From positions 682,001-746,000 of the forward strand of contig JASTWF010000098.1 in assembly GCA_030390025.1 (NCBI GenBank): a DNA stretch of 64,000 bases. Reading direction: 5' to 3'. Source of the DNA: Squalus acanthias. Its lineage: Eukaryota. Made by a program: the position numbers and the translations under genes. Below the pieces are notes generated by a model. It made no database searches. It saw nothing but the letters and a program-made list of their open reading frames with translations, and was not told where the DNA came from. Shown here piece after piece: positions 62,466 to 64,000 of this stretch (position 1 is its first letter; each line of letters starts with the position of its first letter).

Positions 62466-64000
62466 TTGTGGGAGTCCAAAACTAGGGGCCATAAATATAC
62501 GATAGTCACTAATAAATCCAATAGGGAATTCAGGAGAAACTGCTTTACCCAGAGTGGTGAGAATGGGGAACTCGCTCCCACAGGGAGTGGTTGAGGACGA
62601 ATAGCATTGATGCATTTAAGGGGAAGCTGGATAAACACACGAGGGAGAAGGAATAGAAGGATATGTTGATAGGGTGCGATGAAGAGGGGTGGGAGGAGGC
62701 TCGTGTGGAGCAGAAACACCGGCATGGACCTGTTGGGCCGAATGGCCTGTTTCTGTGCTGTAAATACTGTGTAATTCTCAGTGTTTCTCAAGTGCTTGTG
62801 AGGTAAGAAGTGAAATTATGACTTTTTTTTTTTAAAAAAAAGCAGAAAATAATAATGATTTCCAGGGGTAGAAGTTATGCTGCAGCTGTACAAAGTCCTG
62901 GTTAGACCACACCTGGAGCACTGTGAGCAGTTCTGGGCACCACACCCTAGGGAGGATATATTGGCCTTGGAGGGAGTGCAGTATAGGTTTACCAGAATGG
63001 TGCCTGGACTCCAAGTGTTAAGTTACGAGGAGAGATTACACAAATTAGGGTTGTATTCCCTGGAATTTAGAAGGTTAAGGGGTGATTTGATTGAAGTTTT
63101 CAAGATATTAAGGGGAACTGATAGGGGAGATAGAGAGAAACTATTTCCGCTGGTTGGGGAGTCTAGGACTAGGGGGCATAGCCTAAAAATTAGAGCCAGA
63201 CCTTTCAGGAGTGAAATTAGGAAACACTTCCACACACAAAGGGTGGTAGAGGTTTGGAACTCTCTTCCGCAAACGGCAATTGATGCTGGATCAACTACGG
63301 CAAGATCACCCCTGCTCCCCCACCCCACCCCACCCCCCCACACCAAGACTATCGGGAATCTGCGACAACAGCTCCTCAAGCACAGACTCCCAGGGAAGTC
63401 AGACGGCACCCGCTCCCTGAGACCCCTCCCTCACCAGGAAACTACGGCAACAACCTCCCTCCTGCGAGACCCCCACGGAACTTTAATGCACATCAACGAA
63501 GGACACAGGATCATCATCCACTCCGTAACGCTCCACAGTGGGGATGGGGTAAGGGCTAATCATAGAATCACGCAGCACAGAAGGAGGCCATTCGGCCCAT
63601 CGTGCCTGTGCCGGCTCTTTGAAAGAGCTCTCGAATTAGTCCCACTCCCCCCTGCTCTTTTCCCCCCATAGCCCTGCAAATTTTTTCTTTTCAAATATTT
63701 ATCCAATTCCCTTTTGAAAGTTATTATTGAATCTGCTTCCACCCCCCCTTCAGGCAGCGCATTCCAGCTCGTTGAGTAAAAAAATTCTCCTCTTCCCCTC
63801 TGGTTCTTTTGCCAATTACCTTAAATCTGTGTCCTCTGGTTATCGATACTCCTGCCGGTGGAAACAGTTTCTCCTTATCTACTCTATCAAAACTCATGAT
63901 TTTGAACACCTCTATTAAATCTCCCCTTAGCCTTCTCTGCTCCAAGGAGAACAACTCCAGCTTCTCCAGTCTCTCCATGTAACTGAGGTCCCTCCTCCAC
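62465..64000. mobile_element. CR1 fragments (62465-62780 +, 62865-63295 +, 63560-64000 -)
   Basis: CR1 ORF2 C-terminal motifs and 3' UTR tails. Confidence 0.85.

Overview
Vertebrate genomic DNA, most likely a shark or other cartilaginous fish (inferred from the repeat families). It holds the conserved POLL-DPCD-FBXW4 block that neighbours FGF8 in other vertebrates. POLL (DNA polymerase lambda, minus strand) has six coding exons visible, from ATG 26324 to the left edge. DPCD (plus strand) is complete: six exons, 203 aa, ending in CKTQ, and head-to-head with POLL across a GC-box/RFX X-box promoter near 31.2-31.4 kb. The last three exons of FBXW4 lie on the minus strand. Introns are packed with CR1 and L2 LINE fragments, Deu-domain SINEs, MITEs, a solo LTR and several minisatellites. 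The most notable items are: (1) a young Penelope-like retroelement (RT plus GIY-YIG, open for about 500 codons) with inverted pseudo-LTRs carrying minimal hammerhead ribozymes, plus short stand-alone insertions of the same module; (2) a 7.4-kb G-rich 28/36-bp minisatellite with higher-order structure in a POLL intron; (3) motif-dense non-repetitive blocks and a strong CTCF site that are candidate long-range FGF8-locus regulatory elements. I found no unambiguous new protein-coding system. Exon coordinates were read by hand from splice sites and frame; repeat boundaries are approximate. Comparisons to human proteins are from memory, not from a database search.
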